This document shows positions 49,331-60,221 of a stretch of 64,000 bases of DNA, in pieces (position 1 is the first letter of the stretch; each line of letters opens with the position of its first letter). Made by a program: the position numbers and the translations under genes. Location: positions 340,113 to 404,112 of the forward strand of contig NW_003314335.1 of assembly GCF_000143415.4 (NCBI RefSeq). Direction: 5' to 3'. The DNA is from Selaginella moellendorffii. Taxonomy: Eukaryota; Plantae; Lycopodiophyta. Below the pieces are notes generated by a model, which was not told the DNA's origin, ran no database searches, and saw only the letters and a program-made list of their open reading frames with translations.

Positions 49331-50198
49331 GATTTAACATAGCCATTAATTAAAAGAGTAGCAAAAATTTTATGGCACTCTTTGGGAAATCACCAAGTAT
49401 GTCTCAATAGCCTTTTTTTTTAATTTTATTTTCAATCCAATTCCTTCCATGTTTTCTCAAGTGGCAAAGTATGCCTCCTACTTTCTATCAACACTATTGC
49501 CCCTTGAGAAGAGGAAAATCAAGAGTCTTGAGATAAAAGAAAAAGAGGGAGAGGCATTACATAAAAGCTGAGATGGAAGATGATTTAAAATGCTTCTCTA
49601 ACAGGGCATTAATCTTTGGGCAAAACTACAAGGTTTATAGTCACATTTTGATAAGGATATTATTGCTTGTAAAAACAAGTGGAAGCTAATTTGGAAAAGA
49701 GGATAAAACTCACAACAATAAGTTTTTTCCATGGTGTTTTTTCTTTTTTTACAGGTCTGACAAGTGTAAGACAAACCAGACATCTCCATCATCTTGTAAG
49801 CTTCAAAAGAAAGCTGTGAAAGTTACAAGTGTAAAGATGATTGTCTATTTAGAACATTTGATAGGGTGATGTAAAAATCTTTTGACACTCTTGCTAACAA
49901 GCTTTGAATAGAAATAGCTCTTTCTATGTTTGATCCAACTCTTTTTGGAAATTGTTCTTGTATGAGTTTCTTCACTTCAACATTATGCCGAGCAGCATTC
50001 TTCTCTGCTTCTGTCCACACACAAATTCCAACAGCTTTCAGTTGATCAAAACCATCTAGAGATCGTTGTAACTCGTCTCTAACAAATTAGTGTAATGAAT
50101 TCTCTCTTAAATGTTATTACTGTTAGTAATTTCAAGCATTGTTATTACATCAGCATTTGGAGGAACAAAAGAAAAACTGACTTGTCACAAATTGAAAA

Positions 50199-52292
50199 CT
50201 AGTAAGTTATGTTACTTAGCTGGTTTTGAATCCTAGAGGCCTCCTTGGACAATCCGGTGGCAGCATAGACATTAGACATAAGTACATGAGCTGATGCACT
50301 TGTGCTCTCTAGCTTGACCACGGATTGAAACGCAAGCTCTCCAACACCCACATTCTCCCACTTGACGCAAGCATCCAACACTACCATCCAGATGATCACA
50401 TCAGGCTTCACAGGCATGCCCCTCACGACAGATACTGCTTCCTCGAGATGGTTTGCTTGAGCAAGAACGTCCACCAGGCAGGTATAGTGTTGGAGATTGG
50501 GAACGATGCCAAACTCTTCCCGCATGGACCGGAAGTACTCTTTGGCCTTGTCGACGAGCCCGGCATATCGGCACGCCGTGAGAACAGATAGAAAAGCGAT
50601 GTGATCCGGTTGAATGCGTTCCTTCTGCATCCTCTCGAAGAGCTGGAAGACCTGCGAGGTGTTGCCTTGGAAGCTGTATCCCGCTAGCAGCGCGCTCCAA
50701 GTCACCAAGCTCTTCTTGCAAGCAGCCTCAAAGACCTCTTCCGCATCCGCCATGCTCCCACACTTCCCATAAAAGTCGATGAGAGCGTTTGCTACTGCTG
50801 GAACTGTCTCAAATCCATCTATGGATGCTCGAGCATGGAGCTCTCTTCCAGACTCCAAAGCTCCCAGGCTGCTGCAAGCCTTGAGAGCGGCAACGAAAGT
50901 CACAGCATCCGGTGAGCAGCCTTCTTCCTCCATGCCCGTCAAGAGCTCCAAAGCGATCTTCCCATCTCCGGCCTGAGCATATCCTGCGATGAGACAGTTC
51001 CATGATACCACACTTCGCTCCTGGATGCGTTCGAAGACGCTGCGAGCATCGGCCATGCTCCCACACTTCGCGTACATATCCACCAGCGTGTTGGCCACCG
51101 CAGTGTGTGAATCATCCCCGAGCGTTGCAGCCAAGTCGTGGATAGCCCGCCCTTGTCTCAAACACTGGTCCTTGACAACACTCCCGTCCACCACCTTGCC
51201 TTGTTCTTTCTCGGCCAAGCACGCACAAGCCTTCAAGGTCGCGAGTAGAGTGACACGATCCGGAGCACAGCCTTCGTCTTTCATGCGAGCGTACATCTCC
51301 ATAGCCAGCTCTCCATCCCCACTTTGAGCGTAACCCAGGATGATTGCGTTCCAAGCCACAACGTCGTGATGCTTCATGCGCTCAAACACCCGACGAGCGT
51401 CCACCATACTCCCACACTTCCAGTACATATCCACCAGCGAATTCTCCACGAACGGGCTCGAGTCGTCACCACTCTCGGCAGCTCGGAGATGCACAGCCTT
51501 CCCTCTCTCCAGGCAAACCGGCTTGAGCAACCTTCCATCGATCATCTTCCACTCTTCCTTCTCCGCCAAGCTCGAGCAAGCTTTGAGAGCCGCGAGGAGA
51601 GTGACGCGATTTGGAGCACAGCCTTCGCGTTGCATGCGTGAGTATAGATCCCACGCCATCTCTCCCTGACCACTTTGAGCGTAGCCGAGAATGAGAGCGC
51701 TCCATGACACCACTGTCCGGCTATGGATGCTCTCGAAAACTTGCCGGGCTTCGTCCAAGCTCCCACACTTCGCATACATGTCGACAAGAGTGTTGGGAAT
51801 GAAGATGGTGGACGAGAAATCGCCACTGCTAGAAACGTACTCGTGGATTTTCTTCCCGGCTTCCAGATCCCTGCTGTTCGTGCAGACCTTGAGAGCAGCG
51901 AGAATGATCCCAATGCTTGGCCTCATCCCCTCCCTTTGCAATCTCTGGAATTTTGCCAGCGTCTCTCGATCAGCTCCATTTCTTTTCTTTGCGTTGGATT
52001 TTCTGGGAGGAAATGCGTTGCCTTCCACCGCGTTGCGAGGCCAGGAAGATTTCTCGCTGAGCTTGAGCGGCACCCAGCTTGGAATGGAGCGCGAATCGAT
52101 CCACAGCCCCGCGCCCGTGCTGGAATGCTTGAAATCGGGGAAATTCGGGCAGCTCTGGAAGAATGCCACAGTGCCTGGTGGAAGTGAAGATCTTAGAGGG
52201 AAGCTATACCGCAGAGCGCGCACCTTTGTGGCTCGATTGTCCCTCCACATCCAAGGCTGCTCGAAGAGATTGCTCCACAGCTTCTCCTCCAT
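50199..52292 (-). CDS. Pentatricopeptide repeat protein, PLS class with E-type C-terminus
   Basis: Intronless 697 aa. Repeated LVDMYAKCGS..AR.VFE....VVSW.ALI.GYAQ.G units and HYTCLVDVLAQA..MPVKPD..W E-domain. No DYW. True start uncertain. Confidence 0.92.
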   Translation of the reverse strand: MEEKLWSNLFEQPWMWRDNRATKVRALRYSFPLRSSLPPGTVAFFQSCPNFPDFKHSSTGAGLWIDSRSIPSWVPLKLSEKSSWPRNAVEGNAFPPRKSNAKKRNGADRETLAKFQRLQREGMRPSIGIILAALKVCTNSRDLEAGKKIHEYVSSSGDFSSTIFIPNTLVDMYAKCGSLDEARQVFESIHSRTVVSWSALILGYAQSGQGEMAWDLYSRMQREGCAPNRVTLLAALKACSSLAEKEEWKMIDGRLLKPVCLERGKAVHLRAAESGDDSSPFVENSLVDMYWKCGSMVDARRVFERMKHHDVVAWNAIILGYAQSGDGELAMEMYARMKDEGCAPDRVTLLATLKACACLAEKEQGKVVDGSVVKDQCLRQGRAIHDLAATLGDDSHTAVANTLVDMYAKCGSMADARSVFERIQERSVVSWNCLIAGYAQAGDGKIALELLTGMEEEGCSPDAVTFVAALKACSSLGALESGRELHARASIDGFETVPAVANALIDFYGKCGSMADAEEVFEAACKKSLVTWSALLAGYSFQGNTSQVFQLFERMQKERIQPDHIAFLSVLTACRYAGLVDKAKEYFRSMREEFGIVPNLQHYTCLVDVLAQANHLEEAVSVVRGMPVKPDVIIWMVVLDACVKWENVGVGELAFQSVVKLESTSASAHVLMSNVYAATGLSKEASRIQNQLSNITY

Positions 52293-52444
52293 CCTCGAGC
52301 CAGAGCTCTCTTTCTTCTTCTAGGTCAGTGTGAGAGAGAGAGGCTATATAAGTAGGGCTTTTAAAAAATTGGAGCCTTCTCCTTCCTCGAGAAAAATGTT
52401 TGTCTAGCATCAAGAGAAGAAGAGAAAGATCGAAGAAAAAAAAG

Positions 52445-53313
52445 CTATGCCGCTCGATCGAATAGCTTCTCCACCACTACGGAAAATGCCGCAAATCCGG
52501 CGCAGCCCACGCAAGCTGCCTTTGGTCCAGCTGAAGAACACAAGATAAATGGAACCTTCTTGAGCAAGAAGAAGAAAAAAACGAAGAAAAGGAGAAGAAA
52601 AGTTCTACCTTTCGCAGACAAGCTCCCACCGGTGACACAGCCAGCCACCATCGTGTTCGTCATGTCATGCCTCGCTCTGGCCTGGAAACACGAAGATTCG
52701 ATCGTGAGAACTAATCTCTAGAGACTTTCCGAGAAATTTGGAGGATCCCAAGAACTCCGGAGAGCTCGCGATCATTCAAGAGCTCTCTCTGGCAAGAACT
52801 ACGTGAAAGAGAGGATACCTTTTCTATGATACACTCGGTTCCAGAGTAAATGGCTCCCATCACCGCGAAAGCCTTGGCCATATGGAGGCTCTTGCTGCCC
52901 ATTTGCTTCGCGGCGTGTGTGAAGTGTTGCCTCACGGTCATTTGATCGGGGTTGAGTGGATTGTCCAGCGCTCCAAACAGCAATCCCATGAAAATCCCCA
53001 TGCCGCCCCCTGGAAAGAAAAGAAAACTCTGTCAAGAACTCCCTAGGCCTAGAACGAAGAAAAACGTTTGGAATTCCCATCGCCATTGGCGAAAGAGGAG
53101 AGAATCGAGGAGGAAACTCTTGACAAGAGGAGGAAAGAGGATTCCTCTCTTACCCATGACGCAGCTCACAATGCTCTTGACGGCGCAGTTGTTAAACACA
53201 TCCTGCGCCTTCATCTCCTCGAATGTCGGTAGCTTGAGCGGCTCCACCGGCGGCGCCGGGGCGGAGGATCCATCCGAATCGGATGCCGGTGGCTCGGCAG
53301 ACTGATCGACCAT
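52445..53313 (-). CDS. TIM22: Mitochondrial import inner membrane translocase subunit Tim22 (exons 53313-53154, 53009-52819, 52681-52609, 52530-52445)
   Basis: NNCAVKSIVSCVMGGGMGIFMGL, AKAFAVMGAIYSGTECIIEKARARHDMTNT..AGCVTGG, GPKAACVGCAGFAAFS. Confidence 0.93.
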
Positions 53314-53339
53314 TGCCAAGAACCATTGGGAAAAAACTT

Positions 53340-53376
53340 TTTAGGGTTCTTCCATACTTGTAGCAAGAACCCTAAA
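53340..53376. promoter_or_regulatory. Inverted pair of telo-box motifs in the 95-bp TIM22/PAT1 bidirectional promoter
   Basis: TTTAGGGTTCTT (53340-53351) and AAGAACCCTAAA (53365-53376) form a perfect 12-bp inverted repeat. Confidence 0.6.
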
Positions 53377-53408
53377 TCCTTTTGAAACGAGGGGGCGAAA
53401 CGCACAGA

Positions 53409-55134
53409 ATGGCTGCTGCTGTTGGAGCTTCCTTCGATCTCTTCAAGCTGCCGCTGCTGCGATCCAGCTCCCGTGGATCATCGCTCCGGGCAAGAACTGG
53501 TATGTGTTTTACGCGATCTGTACAGTGCGCGGCTTCGAATTCTCTCCATTCTGTTCCTCGGGTAAGGAAGAAGGTTTAAACTATCAAAATGTAGCTCATT
53601 TTCCTCTTGCAGCTCATCGAAAGTTTGCTGGAAAAGACCGATCTCACGTCCGAGCAGACCGAATCCGTCACGGACATGCTCCTGGAGGGGGCCGATGCTG
53701 CGCAAATCTCCGCGTTTTTGGTGCTCCTTCGAGCTAAAAACGAGACTTTCGAAGAGGTAGCTCTAACTTTTCTTAGAGGTTTTGCTTGGTTCTTTTGTTC
53801 TTTGTTTTTCTACTTGCTGCTACCTTGAACGATCTCGTTTCCAAATTCCTCACAGATTGCCGGCCTTGCTAAAGCAATGATTAAGCGCTCTATTGCAGTG
53901 CCTGGTCTCGCTGGTGGCCTAGACATTGTTGGTACCGGTGGGGATGGAGCAAACACCGTCAATATCTCGACTGGAGCTTGTATCCTTGCTGCTTCTTGCG
54001 GAGCCAAGGTTGCAAAGGTACGATAGTTCGGTTTTTACTTTCTGCGTGAAAGTTTACGTGTTTCCTGGCAGCATGGAAACCGCTCGAGTTCTTCAGCTTG
54101 CGGAAGCGCCGACGTTCTGGAAGCGCTCGGCGTGGAGATAAATCTCGGCCCTGAGGTACTCGCTCGAGTTCTTCTAGTATTGTTTTTTCACTCCCAAGTT
54201 CTATGAGAAGGGAATTGCCAGATGTGTCAAGGAAGCAGGTATTGCCTTTATGATGGCACCGAAGTTTCATCCAGCCATGAAAGTAGTTGGGCCTGTGAGG
54301 AAGTCCTTGAAGGTGAAAACCGTGTTCAATATCCTCGGCCCGCTGCTAAACCCCGCTCGAGTTCCGCACCAGATTGTTGGCGTCTACTCCAAAAGCCTTG
54401 TAAGTCTCGATTATATTTCACTGGAGAATTTTTCTTTTCCTGAGACGTGATGATCTCATCTCGAGGAATAGGTACCGAAGATGGCGAAGGCGCTCCAGCT
54501 ACTTGGCACAAAGCACGCGTTGGTAGTGCACTCTGAGGGACTGGATGAAATGAGTCCTCTCGGTAAGTCAGTTTGCTTTTTCACACCATTTTTCCAACGT
54601 TTTTTCTTTTCGCGAGCAGGCCCTGGATTCATATTGGAAGTCACTCCCACATCTATCAAAGAGTTCAGCTTCGATCCATGTAAGATCGTTTTCTTCGTTG
54701 AATTCTCTGCTGATAGAGAAAATGGATGCAGTGGACTTTGGTTTCCCTCGTTGTACAGTAGAAGATTTGCGAGGTGGTGATGCAGCGTTCAACTCTAAGG
54801 TTCTGAGGGACGTGCTTGGTGGACAAGAGGGACACATCGCGAATGCTCTGGTAATCACCATCACCACATTGTAAAGACACTGAAGTGTGTTTTTCCTTTT
54901 GCTCAGATTCTCAATGCTGGAGCCGGCCTTGTTGCGTGTGGAGTGGCCGACGACTTGAAATCCGGCGTCGAAATGGCTCAAGCGGCCCAACAATCCGGCC
55001 AAGCACTCAAAGTTCTGGACTCGTGGATCCACTTGTCCCAGGTTCGTCTTTGACTTTCTGCAAACTCAAAAACGATATTGCCTTCGTTAAAGCAGGAATT
55101 GAAGATGCAAGAAGAAGCCGTGGCTGTTTCCTAG
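53409..55134 (+). CDS. PAT1: Anthranilate phosphoribosyltransferase, plastid (multi-exon)
   Basis: Transit peptide. [101 protein letters not shown]. Stop TAG at 55132-55134. Confidence 0.95.
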
Positions 55135-55308
55135 CAGAAGTACTCTAAATTTTTGGCCAAAATAAATCAAGCAAAAACCGCTCAGTATAACAAGTGGAGG
55201 ATTGTCTATCAAAAATTATTTGGTGAACTTACAAAATTGAGAGGAGTTCCGGGGCAAGGCAATCAACAAAACACTTGTTTGTTTGTTATTTTCTCTCTCC
55301 CGTTCTCC

Positions 55309-55968
55309 TCACGCAGCCATCCCCTGCCGATCCTCCACTTGAACGTGCACTTGAAATCCCCCTTGCTCTTTCTCCTCCTTGTCCTTGGCTTGATCCTTGG
55401 CTTGATGCGTCTCATCCGTCGCGCCCTGCGCCTGTACCTCAACTTGCTCCTGCTCCGGAATCTGCACCTGAACCTGAACTTGCTCCTCCTCCGGAACCTG
55501 AACTTGAACCTGAACTTGCTCCTCCTCCGGGATCTGCACCTGAACCTGCACCTGAACTTGCTCCTGCTCCGGAATCTGCACCTGCACCTGCTCCTGCTCC
55601 TGCTGCAGATCCTCCTGCCGCTGCTCCTGCTTGTGCGGCTGCTCACCGCCCCGATCCGCCGAGTCGTCCAGCTTCTCCCCCGCCTGGAGAACCACCGAGT
55701 AGTAGCTCGATCCCTCCATGCACTTCATGAGGACCTGCGTGATGGAGCGGCAGCGCACCACCGTCTCCTCCGATTCCTTCTCCGCCTCCTGCACGCAATC
55801 CTCCCACTCCTGAAACTCCTTCCCACACGGCCCCGCCTTCATGAACAAACAAAATGGGCACTCGCCCTCCTCCTCTTGCCCCTCCTCTCCTTCCACCACC
55901 TTTCCTTGCTTCTCTTCGCCCCTCTCATCGCCCTCGCGCTCTCGCGCTCGCTCGTCTGCATTCTCCAT
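55309..55968 (-). CDS. GCK-domain (twin-Cys, CHCH-like) protein with Q/V/E repeat tail
   Basis: ECPFCLFMKAGPCGKEFQEWEDCV...RCRSITQVLMKCME..SYY matches the plant GCK domain pattern. ATG 55968 is preceded by a telo-box. Confidence 0.8.
   Translation of the reverse strand: MENADERAREREGDERGEEKQGKVVEGEEGQEEEGECPFCLFMKAGPCGKEFQEWEDCVQEAEKESEETVVRCRSITQVLMKCMEGSSYYSVVLQAGEKLDDSADRGGEQPHKQEQRQEDLQQEQEQVQVQIPEQEQVQVQVQVQIPEEEQVQVQVQVPEEEQVQVQVQIPEQEQVEVQAQGATDETHQAKDQAKDKEEKEQGGFQVHVQVEDRQGMAA
55430..55605 (-). repeat. Coding minisatellite (30-36-bp units) encoding PEQEQVQVQ(VQ)I repeats
   Basis: Repeated ttgctcctgctccggaatctgcacctgaacctgaac units. Confidence 0.9.
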
Positions 55969-56057
55969 CGCGAATAACCCTACAGCGAAAACCCTAAATC
56001 TCGCATATTTACAGGCATATTCGAGAGCCTTTAGCATATTCATGTGAATCGGCATAG

Positions 56058-57713
56058 TCACGGGCATATTGCGTTGGCGAGGAGCACGTAGTTCGCCGAG
56101 CGCGGTGTCGCGCTAATGGCGTCCACGCCGAGCTTTAGATTTCCCTTCGGCCTAGGCGCTGACAGAAAGCACGCCCACTCCAGCGAGTCTGGCACAAACG
56201 GCATGCTTGCGAGCAAATCTCTCGCGTTGTCGAGATGCCCAGCCTTGGCGAGGAGATCAATCACGCAGCAGTAGTGGCTCCTGCTGGGACTCAGGCCAAA
56301 GTCTTGGATCATCGAGTGGAAGTAGCTCCTGGCCTGGTAGACCTTGCCCTGGTGGCTGCAGATCATCAGCACCGGGAGGAACGTCACAGCCTCGGGACGC
56401 TCCAGAGTGTTTAGAGTGCTCATTGTGAAGAATGCGGTTTCTTTGATGTCAAGATTCGCGCTCCGGGCATAGGCCGCCAGCATGACATTCCATGTCGTGA
56501 GATTCCTCTGTGGCATCTTCTCAAATATACTTCTCGCGTTCTGTATCCGCCCGTTTTGAGCGTACGCCGACAGAAGTGCAGTCCACGAGGACACGTCCTG
56601 ACTAGGCATGTCGTAAGAGATTCTTAAACACTCTTCAAAACGCCCGTTCTCGGCAAATGCAGAAAGAAGCTTTGTCCAAGACACAAGGTTCCACTCCGGC
56701 ATAGTGTCAAACGTCCGTTTAGATTCCTCCACGTGGCCCCTCAGACCGTATGAGACAATCATGACCGTCCACGAGATTACGTTCGCCATGGGCATCTCGT
56801 CAAACACCTGCTTAACCAGCTCGATGTCTTGCCCACTCGTGGCAAATGCTGACAGAAGAGCGTTCCATGAGGCGAGATTTCTCTCTGGCATATTTTCAAA
56901 CACGCGCTTCGCATCTTCCAATGAGCAGCTCTGCGCGCATGCTGCTAGCAAGGCCGTCCACGTATACAAGTTGTGTACGGGCATTTCATCAAAGAGTTGC
57001 TTTACTTTCGACAGATTCCCGGTCTGGGCATTTGCTGCAAGCATCGCAGTCCAAGACACCACGTCCCACTCGGGCATGTCGTTAAAAACACACGTAGCTT
57101 CTTCCACTCCACCTCTTTCCACAAGTGAGTTTAATATCGAATTCCAACTTACGACATTCCTCTGCGGCATTTGCTTTAGCATCTCTTTCGCATCAGCAAA
57201 ATGCCCGTTGCGGGCAAATGCAGTTACCATAGCATTCCACGTTACAAGGTTTCTCTCGGGCATATTGTCAAACGCCTTCTTTGCCTGCTCGATTCGACCT
57301 TCTCTGGCGAGGAGCACGAACATTGCTGTTACTGACACAAGATTGTGGAGTGGCATCGATTGGAACAATCCCATTGATGCGTGGAATTCGCCAGCCTCGG
57401 CAAGCGCGCATAACATCATCGTCCACGAGACCACATTGGGGCTCGGCATCGCGGAGAAGAGGTATTGCGCGTCGCGGATCTGGCCATTTCTAGTGTAGGC
57501 AAATAGCATAAGATCCCACGAGAAGGTGTTCTTGGCGGCAATTCCATCGAAAACTTTGCGCGCTTGAGCTGCGTCCCCGCATCGCCCAAACATCTCGATG
57601 AGCTTGTTGTAGAGAAACACGCGATCGCGGTAAGGAATTCGATCCACGCGCGCGTAGATCTTCCTGGCCTCGCTCAAGCTCTCGCAGGACTGGATCAAGG
57701 CCAGGTCTCGCAT
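56058..57713 (-). CDS. Pentatricopeptide repeat protein (PLS/SS-rich with E-like end)
   Basis: Intronless 551 aa of 31-aa MP..N.VSW..ML repeats, ending HYCCVIDLLAKAG..MPFVPD..W. Confidence 0.92.
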   Translation of the reverse strand: MRDLALIQSCESLSEARKIYARVDRIPYRDRVFLYNKLIEMFGRCGDAAQARKVFDGIAAKNTFSWDLMLFAYTRNGQIRDAQYLFSAMPSPNVVSWTMMLCALAEAGEFHASMGLFQSMPLHNLVSVTAMFVLLAREGRIEQAKKAFDNMPERNLVTWNAMVTAFARNGHFADAKEMLKQMPQRNVVSWNSILNSLVERGGVEEATCVFNDMPEWDVVSWTAMLAANAQTGNLSKVKQLFDEMPVHNLYTWTALLAACAQSCSLEDAKRVFENMPERNLASWNALLSAFATSGQDIELVKQVFDEMPMANVISWTVMIVSYGLRGHVEESKRTFDTMPEWNLVSWTKLLSAFAENGRFEECLRISYDMPSQDVSSWTALLSAYAQNGRIQNARSIFEKMPQRNLTTWNVMLAAYARSANLDIKETAFFTMSTLNTLERPEAVTFLPVLMICSHQGKVYQARSYFHSMIQDFGLSPSRSHYCCVIDLLAKAGHLDNARDLLASMPFVPDSLEWACFLSAPRPKGNLKLGVDAISATPRSANYVLLANAICP

Positions 57714-57760
57714 TTACCGGTATCAAAATTATCAATGGCTTAAGTTGTCAAGATAAGATC

Positions 57761-59086
57761 TTACTCACGCCACATATGGGCAAATTCGCTCGGTTCTAGC
57801 GCGTTTGCCTCTACGTGAGCTTTTCTAGAGTTCCTGGCCTTGACTTTCATCTTATACTTGGCATCTTTTCGCTTGATGAGCGAACGAACCTGTGTAACAC
57901 ACCGAAAACACATCCACGATTAGCTGCGAGGAAAGAATTCGACACGAGATTTACCATGTTTGGAGCCGTGTAGAAGGGATTCTCGTACAGCGGCTTCCCA
58001 CCCATGCTAGCACTGAAGATCTTGATGGGATTCAGACAAAACCTTGGCCCGACCTTGGATTTACACGCCAGATTCAATCACAGGTTACTTGAAAGTGGAA
58101 GACTTACCTCAATCAGAGTCATCTTCTCGGCAGACGCTCGGTCGAGCTTGTCGGAATCATGGTGTGGCACAGATATCTGAAAATGGAGTTTAGAAACAAA
58201 ACCAACTATCGAGAAACAAAAATTACTTGGTAGTTTCGAAACCAGATATGCTTGTCTAGCACAGTGAATGACAGAACGTGATCAAAGAAAGGCTTGCTCT
58301 TCCTGTGGTCTTTAGGAGTACCAAAGATCTGCAAAAACACTAGTAGTAAACCAGGATCCGCAAAAAGAAAAGAGAAACGTTACTTGGATGAACATCTCCT
58401 TTATCAGCCTTAAGTGGGGCTGCTTGTCGAAACTCGATGAGAACGTCAGTATAGGACGAGATCCTTTCAAATGGTTGCCTGTAAGTTTTAGCTCCGCCAT
58501 AGTGTGCACTGCAAAACATCGCTACGCATTTCAGACATAGAAGGGAAACAAAGCAAAATGTTACCCGCGTTCACTAAGAACTTGATAGATGGTCCGCCAG
58601 GAAACTTAGTCATCCACAGATACAAATCCTGTCTTTTCCTGCACTGAACTACGAGCCTTAGCTAAAACACTATGAAGAAAACCTCACCTCGAAGTACAAA
58701 CAGCTCGTGCATCCTCGAAGCTCGGCAATCTCATTCAAAGTCCCATTTTTGTTATCCTTGGCTTGAAGCTTCACATCCTTCTTACTGTGCGGCATCAATC
58801 CAATCAGGTCCATCATGAGATGCCGATACCTGGAACGCAAAGATTGTAAAGCCACATTCGCAACGCATTTCCACTACTCTCACCGATAGATGATGCTCCG
58901 GGAGCAAACAACCAGCGTTTTCTCCTTGTTCCTGAATCCCGGCTGCTGTGGCTCCTGCGGATCCTTCAATCCTGTGAGCGTTCTCTTGGGCGCTGGCGCC
59001 TCCTCTGGAACCTGCGCAGCCTCATCTTCACCGGGATCAGGCGCTGCCTCGGCCGCCTTGGCCTTCCTCTTCTTCCCCTTACCCAT
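57761..59086 (-). CDS. BRX1: Ribosome biogenesis protein BRX1 (Brix domain, multi-exon)
   Basis: FRNKEKTLVVCSR.I.YRYRHLMMDLIGLMPHSKKD, CLYFE..K..DLYLWM.K.PGGPSIKFLVNAVHTMAELKLTGNHLKGSRP, KSKPFFDHVLSF, HIWFRNYQI, EVGPRFCLNPIKIF, LYENPFY. Confidence 0.95.
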
Positions 59087-59196
59087 AAGCCCGAAACCCT
59101 AAAGCACATAACAGAATATACCTTTAACAGGAACAGAGAATGACGATGACGGTATATGCGCTCATTGCTGAGAGGGCGCGGTAGGGTTCTCGAGGG

Positions 59197-60057
59197 ATGG
59201 CGCTGCGCCTGGCTAGGCGCTGGGGAGATTTCTCGAGGTACACACAGTCTCTAGGGCGCTCCTTTGCAACTACAGTGTCTTCTGAAGACCCAGGGCTCGA
59301 AGTAGTCAACGAAGGCCCCGCCGTGATCAACTCGGGAGATGTGGGCAAGACCTGTGGGATTCCCAAGGAGCATATGCATCGCAAGGTATGATCTCGTAGA
59401 ATGTAGCGATTTCGTGCACGGGAAACTCCTCTTTCTCCTTTCTTACTCCGGTCTTCTCTTAGGTTGTAATCTATTCTCCCGCTCGTAGCGCATCGCAGCA
59501 GGGAAGGACTACCATGGGAAAATGGAAGTTCAATTTTGAATCGACCGAGAAGTGAGTTCCATCCTTCGCTGTTTTCCTTGGTGTTGGTTTGGAAAAACTT
59601 GGTCTTTGTTTTTTTTTTTTTTCTTTCTTCGTTTCTTCTGTTCTTGCGGTTGATCTGGAAAAACTTGGTTTTTCTTTCAGGTATCAGGATCCACTCATGG
59701 GCTGGACGTCTACCTCGGACCCTCTAGCATACGTTGGAGACGCGGCACTTTCGTTCGATTCTAAAGAGTCTGCCATCGAATTTGCGGCAAAGCACGGGTG
59801 GGAGTATACGGTAAGTGTTTCAATCACTTCGCTACTGCGAGTTTTTGATCGATCGCTCGTGTTCATCTGCATTTTGCCCAGGTGCGAGAGCCCCATCAGC
59901 AAACTCTCAAAGTGAGATCACTCGTCTCGCTCTTGTTTCATTATTTCCTTCGGAGAAATTCCATTCACTAACACTTCGTTTGCTCGTTTCGTGGCAGCCC
60001 AAAGCTTACGCTGATAACTTCAAATGGAAAGGTGCGCCAGTCATGGCCGACGAGTAA
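59197..60057 (+). CDS. NDUFS4: NADH:ubiquinone oxidoreductase 18-kDa subunit (NDUFS4/FRO1), 5 exons
   Basis: [24 protein letters not shown]...[19 protein letters not shown]...[20 protein letters not shown]...[12 protein letters not shown]. Confidence 0.93.
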
Positions 60058-60221
60058 AAACACGAATTCTTCCATTCAAATAACCCGAGTTCTTTCCCGC
60101 CACGTCATTCTCCGACGTGGCAGAAACAACTGTACATCCTGTGTGCGCGACGTGGCAGACGTGTCACACGCTTGTGAGCCGTCCGATTAGAGTGTTCTCG
60201 GTTGATCTAGGTCTTTCGAGC

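Noticed and set aside
49560-50080. Stop-interrupted reading frame with CxxC (YTCQTCKK) on the minus strand
   Set aside because: Probably a decayed transposon gene, but no diagnostic motif was recognised.
55153-55977. 274-aa Leu-rich ORF (LNLNLLLLRN) resembling an LRR protein
   Set aside because: Antisense shadow of the GCK gene's minisatellite.
56704-57498. Long plus-strand ORFs opposite the PPR genes (also 50989-52323) and opposite the 647-2206 and F-box genes
   Set aside because: Antisense shadows of well-supported minus-strand coding sequence.
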